Assembly (NCBI GenBank): GCA_009991965.1
Contig: JAACWQ010000007.1
Coordinates: 1 to 60,075, forward strand
Length of the DNA: 60,075 nucleotides
Reading direction: 5' to 3'
From: Minisyncoccota bacterium
GTDB taxonomy: Bacteria; Patescibacteriota; Microgenomatia; UBA1400; PJMF01
A program made the position numbers and the translations under genes. The notes below the pieces were generated by a model. The model made no database searches. It was not told the origin of the DNA and saw nothing but the letters and a program-made list of their open reading frames with translations. This document shows, in pieces, positions 38,001 to 47,251 of the stretch (position 1 is its first letter; the number at the start of each line of letters is the position of its first letter).

Positions 38001-38987
38001 CTAAATCTCCGGCATTGGAGGTGCAGCTGGCGTCGCCACTGGAGTCTCCGTAGGTGCTGGTGCTGTTGGGGCAGCCATACCTCCTGGTGGGATTGGTGTA
38101 ATAGGAGCCTGTCCTAGTTCTTGTACGGTTGCATTGAGGTCTGCCTGCGTTGTGGATTCATCGGCAGTTGGAACCATTGGTTCTGGCATGGTTGGCGCAG
38201 GCATTGCAGGCGCAGCTGGTGGCATTGGAGCCATCGGCACAACGGGAGCCATTGGTTCTGGTGTGGCTGCGGGAGCCGGGTTGGTTGGTATTTGAGCGTC
38301 CATATGCTCTCCTTGTATACGTGCGCGCACGAGCGGCGCACTATAACTACTACTTTCAGCGATATGTTGACCTTCAGCCGCCTCAGGGTTGTACTTAATA
38401 TAGAACAACTCGATAATTTCCTGAGTTGTGAGTTGGCGAGAAAACAGTCCAATACGCGCAAATTGGGCGGCTAAGTGATCTCGCTTTGGCTCAAGCAACT
38501 GTATCGCTTTTTCAATAATAACAGATCTCTCCATACTTTCGATCCCCGGAGATTGTTTGCCAGGCAATACACTTGAGGGTGCAATCATACCGAGCTCTAG
38601 AGGAGAGGCAGGGATGACGACATAGAATTTTTTGTCGAGCACGTTGCGATCGTGAATGAGATTGCTAACAAATTCTCGATATTTGCGAATTCTTCCTTGC
38701 ATGATGGGGGAGGAAGTTTCTGACTCTTGTTGTTCGAGAAGTTTGAGATATGTGGTGACGTCTTTAGTGCGCGAATTAATCACTATTTGAATAGGATAAT
38801 TCAGCGAATTTAAGAGGCCTGCGTAGGCATACATGATGGCATCTTGCTCTGCTTCTGCCAACAAACCAAAATTCATCGCATCAACTATCATAATGAGCGA
38901 AGTGGTGCCGTCCTTCATGAGCAATAAATCGTTGGTGATGTCGTAAATATCGAGGAATGATTGGGTTGTGGTTACTGTGTCGGGCAT
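38001..38987 (-). CDS. VirB4-associated (TraC N-terminal-like) protein with Pro/Met-rich tail
   Basis: TQSFLDI..I, NFGLL..EQDAI...Y..LLNSL.YPIQI, KKFYVVI; lies between PrgI and VirB4. Confidence 0.65.
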   Translation of the reverse strand: MPDTVTTTQSFLDIYDITNDLLLMKDGTTSLIMIVDAMNFGLLAEAEQDAIMYAYAGLLNSLNYPIQIVINSRTKDVTTYLKLLEQQESETSSPIMQGRIRKYREFVSNLIHDRNVLDKKFYVVIPASPLELGMIAPSSVLPGKQSPGIESMERSVIIEKAIQLLEPKRDHLAAQFARIGLFSRQLTTQEIIELFYIKYNPEAAEGQHIAESSSYSAPLVRARIQGEHMDAQIPTNPAPAATPEPMAPVVPMAPMPPAAPAMPAPTMPEPMVPTADESTTQADLNATVQELGQAPITPIPPGGMAAPTAPAPTETPVATPAAPPMPEI

Positions 38988-39038
38988 GATTGTTATTTTG
39001 TAGTTCTCATCGTAGCTTGTTTCAAGTAGCTCAGCAAG

Positions 39039-40223
39039 TTATGCGGTGCTGCGAATCTCGATAGGATCGACCAACTGACCAGTTAAAATAATACTTTGAC
39101 TAGGAAATTGTAGTTGGTCTTTTTCCGCCTCCACGACATATTCGCCATTAGCGAGAGGAGTGGTGATAAAGAATTGACCCAGGGCATTGCTTTTAACGGC
39201 GCGCTCTATTGAGCCGTTAGATTTGCGAATTTCTACAATGGCATCGGGTATAAGTTCGTTTTGTGCCGAAAGCACCATGCCAACAAGCTTGTTAGGGGTA
39301 TTTGGCTTGTCAGGAAATGGAAGGTTGTCGTTGAACACTGCTTTGCTTGTAGCGGCCGTTGCCTCTGCAGCAACAGCACCTTGGTCTGCAATAAAAACTT
39401 GTTCTTTTGGCGCTATTACTGGTAGTTTCTGCAAAACACCGTCATTTGACGTATCTATTTCGATAGAAATGGCTCGTGTCTTTGGGATGGAAATGTTTTG
39501 TGCTACTTGTTCGGTTGTTAGATACTCACTTTTTTTTGTGCGATCGGTTGCGGCATGAAGGAGTGTTTCTACGGTGGTTGCTGCTTCAATAGGTTGTGCG
39601 ACAGCGTCTTCTCCCTGAGAAAAACTGGTAAAAACTTGCTCAAACGAGCTTGTTTGTCGCAAATCCCGCACCCGAGTTTTAAGCATTGGTTTTTGGGTTA
39701 CGCGTGGTGGTGTAGTCGATATATTTTTCGCCCGCACTTTGGTTGTGTCAAACAAAGCGTTTATGTCTTGAATTTGTTGGCGTTCTTCTGCGAGCAAACC
39801 ATCGCTGGGGATTTCGTATTGAGTGGACGTCAAATACTCTTTAATTCGTTGTCGGCGAATAGGCGAGAGATCGATTTCTTGCTCTGGTGTTCTGCTGATT
39901 TTCCCCTGCTGAAACAAAAATGCGTCAGGAATTTTCACTTTTCGTTTCCAGTAATACTGTGTTGGTTTGTATAGCACTCTAAAAAACGTAATGATCCAGT
40001 GATCGATCGGTCGCTCGGCAATTGGGACAAACGCTGCTGCAGCACCAAGCCCGAAAGCAACGAACATAAGTGGCCACTTTATGATTGGGAAGAGGTTAGT
40101 GCTGTATATGACAAACGCAATAATTGCGCCGAGTGCTACTTCGCCAAACTGTTTGAGCGTCATACTCCCGACGATGTGAAATCGGTAACCAGTTATATCT
40201 TGTGGGATCGGATGTTCTCGCAT
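39039..40223 (-). CDS. PrgI-family protein with C-terminal carboxypeptidase-regulatory-like domain
   Basis: HPIPQDITGY.F.IVG.MTLKQF plus two TM segments; C-terminal G.V...IPDAIVEI...RAVKSNALGQF. Confidence 0.75.
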   Translation of the reverse strand: MREHPIPQDITGYRFHIVGSMTLKQFGEVALGAIIAFVIYSTNLFPIIKWPLMFVAFGLGAAAAFVPIAERPIDHWIITFFRVLYKPTQYYWKRKVKIPDAFLFQQGKISRTPEQEIDLSPIRRQRIKEYLTSTQYEIPSDGLLAEERQQIQDINALFDTTKVRAKNISTTPPRVTQKPMLKTRVRDLRQTSSFEQVFTSFSQGEDAVAQPIEAATTVETLLHAATDRTKKSEYLTTEQVAQNISIPKTRAISIEIDTSNDGVLQKLPVIAPKEQVFIADQGAVAAEATAATSKAVFNDNLPFPDKPNTPNKLVGMVLSAQNELIPDAIVEIRKSNGSIERAVKSNALGQFFITTPLANGEYVVEAEKDQLQFPSQSIILTGQLVDPIEIRSTA

Positions 40224-40285
40224 ATAAGCTCTTCCATTGTAGAGGTAATGGAGCAAAGAGCCAAGTTCAATGATGGGTTTGTCGT

Positions 40286-40867
40286 CTATTCCGTTAGAGA
40301 CTCTGGCCCAGCGCCAGATTCAGACAGAGATTCACCGTAACCTGCCAAAAATTCTTCTTTTGTGGTAGGGACAAAAAACCACTTTTGTTCGACCACATCG
40401 CCATCGACGTGCGCAACGACCGCAAGGCCGTTCTCTAAAAATACATGTACTCGAACAGAGTCTGGCGAACTCGTGTCATAAAGCACAAAGGTTGGTTGGC
40501 CATACTCGGATACATACCGAGATAGTGTGTGTTTGGGGTCAAAACTGATAAATTCTTTGACAAATTGCACTTTATTTTCGGTATCTACGTGGACTTGATT
40601 GGGGTGGACGGCAAAATCAGAAGCATAGAGATACTCTGTGTCGCCTTTTTCTGTTTTAATTGACTCTAGCGGCTGACCAAGCTCTTTTTGTTTGTTGGTG
40701 GAAAAAACATCCCCTGGTCGCGCCGCGCCAAAAGTTGGGGCAGCCTCTTCTGGTTTGGGTGTGATTGCCTGCAACGCAATAGCAGCGATAAGTAATGCAA
40801 ATGCCGAGACGGCCAGTGTGTGATACCAGCGAGCAAAAATCCAGTGGGGTTGGGATGGCTGTTGCAT
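40286..40867 (-). CDS. Membrane-anchored hypothetical protein
   Basis: N-terminal TM segment; starts 1 nt after the upstream stop codon. Confidence 0.7.
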   Translation of the reverse strand: MQQPSQPHWIFARWYHTLAVSAFALLIAAIALQAITPKPEEAAPTFGAARPGDVFSTNKQKELGQPLESIKTEKGDTEYLYASDFAVHPNQVHVDTENKVQFVKEFISFDPKHTLSRYVSEYGQPTFVLYDTSSPDSVRVHVFLENGLAVVAHVDGDVVEQKWFFVPTTKEEFLAGYGESLSESGAGPESLTE

Positions 40868-40868
40868 A

Positions 40869-43800
40869 TTAGTATTCTACCCCTCCAAATACATTATTTT
40901 TTAACCAAGCGTGTTCTTTGGGATGCACTTGTTTTAGGTTATACACCCTATAGTTGGTAACATAACGCGCTATTGCTTCGGCAAAAGCCTCACCGTCTGC
41001 GCACCGATCGGGAAAGGGATAATTAAAACAACTATACAGATTACTTGGCAATGTTGCTACAAAAGTTGCGCGCAGCCCAGCATTGCGATTGTCGACGATG
41101 TGTCCAAGTTCGTGAATAAGTGTGTACTCGGTAGAAATTGTACTCGAAAAGGTGGGTGTATACAGGGCAATAGAGTCACTGGAAGTTGTCCAGCCGTAGT
41201 ATCCACTCGCATTGCTTGCGAGTCGGTAAATAGTAATGGGACCTTTAGCACAGACAAGCGAGGTAAACTTCGGGTTTTCCAAAATTGAGGCGCTGTATGC
41301 TGCACGAACTTTACTCATGTCAGCATCGGTTGTGGTAATCGTAATGTAGGGATCTTTTTCTGTGCCGAGATTAATTCCAGCAGTTCCTGGGGTAAAACAA
41401 CCAATGGTTGGATTTCCAATGACAACTGCCGCAAGTGCGGTGATGGTTTCGTTGGTAGAAAGTTTGTTACCGGCGGTGTCAAACACATCAAAAGTAATAG
41501 TAAGTGTGTTAATCACCATAACATCTACTGCAGAGATGGTGAGGGAGTAGGTTGGTTCGGCAGGGCCCGTCATGATTTCTGGAGGAAAACTATTGAGTGT
41601 TAGTGGAGATTTGAGGCTAAGATCACAGCTGTGTTCTTGTTTTTTATCACAACCTTGATATGAAAAGGCATCTTTTACTTGTGTAACCTGAAGTCGATAC
41701 TCTTTTTTTGGCTCGAATTTGATGGCATAGGTGACATCGGTTGAAATAGGACTAACGCTGTCGTCAATGCTCTCCGGCGAGGCTGTTTTTTCGAGTGTGG
41801 CATATTTGGATAATTCTTCGGTTTTTCCAACCACTCCTTCCGACGGGACTTTGATTAAAAATGCGCTGTAAATAATAAACAACACTTGGATGGATAAAAA
41901 TAATCCAATACCAATGCCGATGAGTGGAGCGGCAGTCGCGGTGACAGCCGCAGCAGTTGCACCGAGAAAGCCAGTGAGCGACGAACTGCCAGCAGCGGTT
42001 GTGGTGGGGCTAGCTTGGGCGAACGCATCTCCCGCAACAGCACTCGTTTCTGGTGCGCTGGTGAGCGCAGTTTGTTGGCTATAGCTGAGTGGTTGGGTCG
42101 CACCAGTGTTTGCAGCCCGCATGGCCGACATTGATTGGCCTGCTCCACTACCCGAGCTGAGCGAACTACCTGCGGTGCCGAATGGAGAGATGGGCGCGTG
42201 GGGAGTCCAACCCATTAGGCCCGTCCATTGTCCTCCCAACCCAGGGATTGCTGCACCAACATTTGCCCCAATCATGCCACCGGCTACTGCACCAACTGGT
42301 CCTAGTGCTGCTCCGAGGAATGCGCCGATTGCTCCCCCAGCTGCACCACCAACTGTTGTGAGCGCATACAGTGTTTTGCCGACAGCGAGTGCTCCGCCAG
42401 CAAGGGCGATTTGTCGCAATGTTTTGTTCTGCCAAATTGCTAGTGCGGCTGCTGGAACTACGCCAACGCCGGTAGCTGCCAACCCAGCTTTTAACGCTGC
42501 ACCTTGGGCAAACTTTCCTGCTAATGCCTTGCCAGCTTTTTTCATTAGTGCACTACGAATAGAGCTGGCTATCTGCGATTTAGCACTAGAGGAACCTTGG
42601 CCGTAGTCATAGGTGTAGGGATCAGTGCCGACGTTCATCCCAGCTAGTTGGGTGATTGCGAGCGGAGCTGCTCCGGAGGTCATCGCGATTTGAATTGCGT
42701 TTTGATTGGACTCTCCTTCTGCTACCGCCAGTCCCATTTGGGCGGCAATCATGGCTGCTTGTTCATCTTTGATGTTTTGGATTACCTCAGCAAGCACTTG
42801 TTCGCGTAGTTTGGCGACCTTGACTTGTTGAATTGCAATTCGATCTTGGATATCCAGAATTGGATCAATTACATGTATATTTTCTGTCCCGATACCTACC
42901 AGGAATTTACGAATTTCTGTGCTGTTGTAGGTGTTAAGCTTGGGCGGAATGGGGAGTGAGCTAAATCCTGCAAACTGACTAGAAGAGCCAACACCTTCAA
43001 TCTTGTCATAGAGCTGTGATTGCACATCTTTGGGCAAAGAACTCCACCAAGCAGCGTGGTTTTTTTCCACGGGAGTAACGGGAGTTGTGAGTGCGGCGAT
43101 TGTTGTTTCTGCGCCAAAGCTCGTCAGCATTTGTCTCGACTGGGGGATGGCCGAAAGCGCTCGTTGTACGGAGGCTGGGTCACTTGGGATGGCGCCTTGT
43201 AGCCCGCCAGATTGCAAAAATTGTTGCCCACCACCCATTTTAAGATCGCTCAAACGAAGGCTGATTTGGCTTTGGAGTGTAGCTATAAAAATAGGAGCAG
43301 TGGCGGCAGTAAGTGTGCCTGCGGCAAGACCAAATGCAAGCTCGAGTCGATTGGCTGAGATCTTCTTGACAAACTCAGGTGCTGCATCGCCAAACTCCAA
43401 AATCATTGCGTCGATAGTCGCCGCGGTGTTTGCAACAACAATGGGAGTTGCTCCGCCCCCGAGTGAGGCTTGTAGGTCGGCAGCCAACGCATCTTTTGCG
43501 CCCACAGATCTCCCGAGAATGCCATTTCGATATACAGCCTCAAACTGCGCTGCTTCTGTAGCATCTGTTTGTTGTATGAATCTTCCATACTCAATGAGGA
43601 AACTAGTTATTTGTGGATACTGTGACGGTAGGTTGATTGCAAAACGTTGATAGAGAGAAAGTAGATACGTTGGGTCGCTTTGGGCCAAGCGTAGTTGGGT
43701 GTCGGTGAGATTGAGAATTTCTCTTCGGGCAAACTCCGCAAGATCTCGGCGAATATTTTGTGCCGAGAGATCAAGTTCTGGCGATAGTTTATACAAGAAA

Positions 43801-45152
43801 ATTCTCGTTTTGCGAAAAATCTCATACTCTGCGTGGGTGGCGAGGTACTCTGCAGCAGTTTTTTGCAACTCGCTTTCGGAGGTTGTTTGTGTCACAACTT
43901 GTTCTGGTCGTTCTTTTGGAATTGCTTCGATGACTGCGTGTTGTTTAATGGCAGAAACAACTTCCTGTTTTGGCAATTCGCCAATGATTTCTGCCAGCGA
44001 TAGATTATCAATTTCCAATTTTGCCAGTTTTTCAGCGAATTCCTCAGCACGCACTGGGCTGACTGCCGCAAGCTCGTCACCAAGTTCTGTGTATAAATGT
44101 GTGATTCCAGCAACTAATTTTGGTGTGGTGCCAATGGTATGGATAAATTGACCAAAAATAGTAAGGCGAAGTTTTCCATCTTCTCCGCTCAATAATTGTT
44201 GGGTACGTGTTGGGTGAGAGATCAAGAAGTGGTATAGTTCTTCGTTGAAATTTGCTGCAAGATCACTCCAAATTTGGTCAAGTTCTGCGCTGGCGTGATC
44301 ACCTCGAATGTTGTTGTAAAACTCAAATTCGAGCATCGACAAAAGGTTTTGGCGCTCAATCTGAAATTCTCTTGTATGTGATTGTAAGAATTTCTGAAAA
44401 TCTTCGCTAGTCTCTAGCTGTTGTGAATCAGTAGGTTCGCTTTGGTCTTGTCCTTCACCCGCATCACTCTGATCGGAAGAGCCAGCGCTGTAAGCAGTCA
44501 CTGCAGCAGAGATGGCTTCGCCGTCTACTTTGGCGCTAGAAACGTCGCTAGCTAGAGCACTTGTGGCGCTGTCCGAAGGAGTCGATACTGCCGCATGTTC
44601 TGCAATCGCGGCACTGGTAGGAACAATTATTCCCTTGCGAAATTCTTCAATGTCAGTGTCAGAAAATATGCTTGAAATGCGACCCGCAGTCTCTTTTCCT
44701 AGGCGTTTTAGCCAGTATTGCGGATCCATTGATTCAAAAAAAATGAGATGTGGGCTGTGATCCCAACTCCAAAATAATCGCGAGATATCGGTAATTATTT
44801 GCGCCCAATCAGGAAGAAATAGTAGCTTTGGTCTCTCAATTTCCCCTGTGTTGCCAAATTGCTTCTTGCCCTCTGTGGTCAGTTTTACCACTCCCTGGCT
44901 CAGCAGTTTAATAATTATTTCTTGGTTGTCGATCAATTGGTACTTGGAGTCAATCAGTTTGGTTAAATCGTCAAACAACTGAACAAGTTGCGGTCGTTCT
45001 TCTGGAGTGTAAACACCCAGACGCTTGACTTGATCGAGGGGAATAAGGTTGTCAGCCGAAAAAATTGAGCCAAATGCAGCCCGCGCTTGGTCGCGCAAAC
45101 CAGTATCTTGGGTGGTTGTTGGTTGTTGCTGATCTGTGTCGGTATCCGCCAT
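40869..45152 (-). CDS. 1427-aa protein with large N-terminal region, Gly-zipper/TM segments and C-terminal zincin metallopeptidase
   Basis: IHELGH...EAFAEAIARY; GGAAGGAIGA zipper. Confidence 0.7.
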   Translation of the reverse strand: MADTDTDQQQPTTTQDTGLRDQARAAFGSIFSADNLIPLDQVKRLGVYTPEERPQLVQLFDDLTKLIDSKYQLIDNQEIIIKLLSQGVVKLTTEGKKQFGNTGEIERPKLLFLPDWAQIITDISRLFWSWDHSPHLIFFESMDPQYWLKRLGKETAGRISSIFSDTDIEEFRKGIIVPTSAAIAEHAAVSTPSDSATSALASDVSSAKVDGEAISAAVTAYSAGSSDQSDAGEGQDQSEPTDSQQLETSEDFQKFLQSHTREFQIERQNLLSMLEFEFYNNIRGDHASAELDQIWSDLAANFNEELYHFLISHPTRTQQLLSGEDGKLRLTIFGQFIHTIGTTPKLVAGITHLYTELGDELAAVSPVRAEEFAEKLAKLEIDNLSLAEIIGELPKQEVVSAIKQHAVIEAIPKERPEQVVTQTTSESELQKTAAEYLATHAEYEIFRKTRIFLYKLSPELDLSAQNIRRDLAEFARREILNLTDTQLRLAQSDPTYLLSLYQRFAINLPSQYPQITSFLIEYGRFIQQTDATEAAQFEAVYRNGILGRSVGAKDALAADLQASLGGGATPIVVANTAATIDAMILEFGDAAPEFVKKISANRLELAFGLAAGTLTAATAPIFIATLQSQISLRLSDLKMGGGQQFLQSGGLQGAIPSDPASVQRALSAIPQSRQMLTSFGAETTIAALTTPVTPVEKNHAAWWSSLPKDVQSQLYDKIEGVGSSSQFAGFSSLPIPPKLNTYNSTEIRKFLVGIGTENIHVIDPILDIQDRIAIQQVKVAKLREQVLAEVIQNIKDEQAAMIAAQMGLAVAEGESNQNAIQIAMTSGAAPLAITQLAGMNVGTDPYTYDYGQGSSSAKSQIASSIRSALMKKAGKALAGKFAQGAALKAGLAATGVGVVPAAALAIWQNKTLRQIALAGGALAVGKTLYALTTVGGAAGGAIGAFLGAALGPVGAVAGGMIGANVGAAIPGLGGQWTGLMGWTPHAPISPFGTAGSSLSSGSGAGQSMSAMRAANTGATQPLSYSQQTALTSAPETSAVAGDAFAQASPTTTAAGSSSLTGFLGATAAAVTATAAPLIGIGIGLFLSIQVLFIIYSAFLIKVPSEGVVGKTEELSKYATLEKTASPESIDDSVSPISTDVTYAIKFEPKKEYRLQVTQVKDAFSYQGCDKKQEHSCDLSLKSPLTLNSFPPEIMTGPAEPTYSLTISAVDVMVINTLTITFDVFDTAGNKLSTNETITALAAVVIGNPTIGCFTPGTAGINLGTEKDPYITITTTDADMSKVRAAYSASILENPKFTSLVCAKGPITIYRLASNASGYYGWTTSSDSIALYTPTFSSTISTEYTLIHELGHIVDNRNAGLRATFVATLPSNLYSCFNYPFPDRCADGEAFAEAIARYVTNYRVYNLKQVHPKEHAWLKNNVFGGVEY

Positions 45153-45209
45153 ACCCTGTGATTATACGTGGTTTAGGGGGGTGACGGGAAATGCGAAATC
45201 TACTGGGAG

Positions 45210-45238
45210 TTGACAAATCTAATGCAATTTTATAAAAT
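45210..45238 (+). promoter_or_regulatory. Promoter with palindromic operator for the AbrB-PIN module
   Basis: TTGACA-17-TAAAAT, ATG 6 nt downstream; AATTTTATAAAATT palindrome. Confidence 0.7.
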
Positions 45239-45244
45239 TACTGG

Positions 45245-45511
45245 ATGTACACAGCAACAGTCACTGCCCAAGGGCAAATCACTATTCCCATTGCGCTGCG
45301 TCGAGCGCTCAAGCTGGATCGAGCCAAGGTGATTATTACTCAGACTAATGCAGGAACCATTGAAATAGAGCCAGAGCCAGATATTATGTCATTGTTGGGG
45401 TCGGTAAAAGCAACCACAAGCAAATCGATTAGTGAAATAGTCGAAGAAGAGGTTTTGAAAGAATACAAAAGAACAGAAAAACGCCTGTCAAATACGCCGA
45501 TTATTGTGTAG
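45245..45511 (+). CDS. AbrB/MazE-family antitoxin
   Basis: ATVTAQGQITIPIALRRAL. Confidence 0.85.
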   Translation: MYTATVTAQGQITIPIALRRALKLDRAKVIITQTNAGTIEIEPEPDIMSLLGSVKATTSKSISEIVEEEVLKEYKRTEKRLSNTPIIV

Positions 45512-45515
45512 CCGT

Positions 45516-45896
45516 ATGCAAAAGTTATTTGTCGACACCAATGTCATCATTAGTTATTTGACCCAAAGAAACTTAGAACAAACCTTGGAGATAGTAAAAA
45601 CGTTTCAAGAAGCAAATGAGAATGAATTGCAACTATTTATTACCTCAGAAGTACTCCTCGAAGCTTCTTTCGTGCTCAAGCGCTACAACCTTTCGCGCCA
45701 AGAGATTGCACAAAAGCTATTGGCGGTAGTGAAATCACCCACTTTTTTTGTATCTGAGAAAGATATCTTTATAGGAGCTTTGGAACTTTTGAAAGATATA
45801 AACGCTGATTTAGCAGATTGTTTGTTGTACGTGCGCTCACGAAAAGCGGGCGCAGGTGTCTACACGTTTGATAAAGATTTTACTAAGTTCGACTAA
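45516..45896 (+). CDS. PIN-domain toxin (VapC-like)
   Basis: FVDTNVII, EVLLE, DLADCLL, YTFDKDF. Confidence 0.85.
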   Translation: MQKLFVDTNVIISYLTQRNLEQTLEIVKTFQEANENELQLFITSEVLLEASFVLKRYNLSRQEIAQKLLAVVKSPTFFVSEKDIFIGALELLKDINADLADCLLYVRSRKAGAGVYTFDKDFTKFD

Positions 45897-46792
45897 GCTT
45901 GCTTTTTGCCAATTTGCACAATCGCAAACAGCAAAACAACCGCCGCCACAATTTGCGGGGGACTCAAAAACACGTGATAGACAAAGGCATCAAGTACTAC
46001 GGCCAAAAGCGGAAAGGTAAGCTCCAACATGGTTGAAACTTTGGCTTCAACCCGCTTGAGTCCTTGATAATAAATGTACAGTGCAACCATGCCGGTAGAC
46101 AGAGCGATAACAAAAAGTGTACCCAACTGTCCGCTCGTCACTTGGGCAAAACTAGCCATTTGACCAAACATCGCTACTGCCAGACCTGCAAATATACTGG
46201 TGAAGAAAAATCGCAAACTAGTACTCATTGCGGTCGATTGTTTGTTGAGCAGCGACTTAGATAGCGTTGTGCCCGATCCCCAAGCAACCGCAGCACCAAA
46301 GGCGAGTAGGGCGGCGAGCAAAGTCCCTGCTCCAGTGTTGAGATTAACAACCCCACTCGGGAAGGTAACAAAATATGCCGCTATGAGTGCCACCGCTGCC
46401 CAAAGCACAAACGATTTTGGCAACCGCTCTTTGAGAAAAATATGAGCAGTCGAAATTGCAAAGAGTGGCTGGAGTTTTTGCAGCAAGAAGACAACACTAA
46501 GCGAAATAAAGCTGACTTTGACGAGTGCAGCGGTAAACATCAGTGTACCCAGTAGCCCGCTGAGCATGGCAACGGCCGCAGCTTGCATGAGCCCGCGCTT
46601 GGTAATGGATTCTTTTCTGAGTTGGCGCACAAACAAAGGCACGAGCAGAATACTACCAATCAGGTGTTCTAAAAATACTATGGTAATTGGTGGCAGTGAG
46701 TAGAGGCTTCTGCGCAATAATCCATCGAGTGCCCAAAGTGAGGCGGCGACTATAATGAGCAGTGAGCCGAGAGGGAGGATTTTTTTTGTCAC
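45893..46792 (-). CDS. DMT/EamA family transporter
   Basis: Ten TM segments in two EamA-like repeats. Confidence 0.88.
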   Translation of the reverse strand: MTKKILPLGSLLIIVAASLWALDGLLRRSLYSLPPITIVFLEHLIGSILLVPLFVRQLRKESITKRGLMQAAAVAMLSGLLGTLMFTAALVKVSFISLSVVFLLQKLQPLFAISTAHIFLKERLPKSFVLWAAVALIAAYFVTFPSGVVNLNTGAGTLLAALLAFGAAVAWGSGTTLSKSLLNKQSTAMSTSLRFFFTSIFAGLAVAMFGQMASFAQVTSGQLGTLFVIALSTGMVALYIYYQGLKRVEAKVSTMLELTFPLLAVVLDAFVYHVFLSPPQIVAAVVLLFAIVQIGKKQA

Positions 46793-46804
46793 AAGACTGA
46801 TAGT

Positions 46805-47194
46805 TTAGCGTAAAAGCTTGGATTTGACTATTGATACATCGCTCGCCAATTGTTCCTTGAGTGCAAGTAGCGAAATAAAATCCATTGGTGGGCGGACAAA
46901 TGCACCAACTTGAAACTCTACAAACTGGTCGTACACATCTGCAGTAAAATCAAGCACGTGGATCTCGAGCACATTGTGTGTCTCGCCTTTGACCAAACGA
47001 GGCCCGTAGTAGAGCGCTCCCATGTATTCATTTCCCCCCACACGCACTTTGGCAGCATATACGCCAGGGCTTGTTCGCAGGTTTGCTGGCCAAAGCGAAG
47101 GCTCAAGATTGAGACTGGGGAAGTTAATAGTGCGACCAGTTTGATCACCGTGTAGGACTAAGCCAGATATCCAGGTTGTCGGTTGTTTGTTCAC
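46805..47194 (-). CDS. Stand-alone riboflavin kinase
   Basis: G.VLHGDQTGRTINFPSLNL, GVYA, LEIHVLDF, VRP...F..L..QLASD. GTG start 6 nt after TATAAT. Confidence 0.88.
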   Translation of the reverse strand: MNKQPTTWISGLVLHGDQTGRTINFPSLNLEPSLWPANLRTSPGVYAAKVRVGGNEYMGALYYGPRLVKGETHNVLEIHVLDFTADVYDQFVEFQVGAFVRPPMDFISLLALKEQLASDVSIVKSKLLR

Positions 47195-47251
47195 ACGCTC
47201 ATTATACCCGCTTCTCATACTCGGCAGGTCTGGGGTATAATTTGGGGTGTT

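Noticed and set aside
36079..45152. Integrative conjugative element or prophage
   Set aside because: No integrase, relaxase, att repeats or phage structural genes; the genes are interleaved with housekeeping genes.
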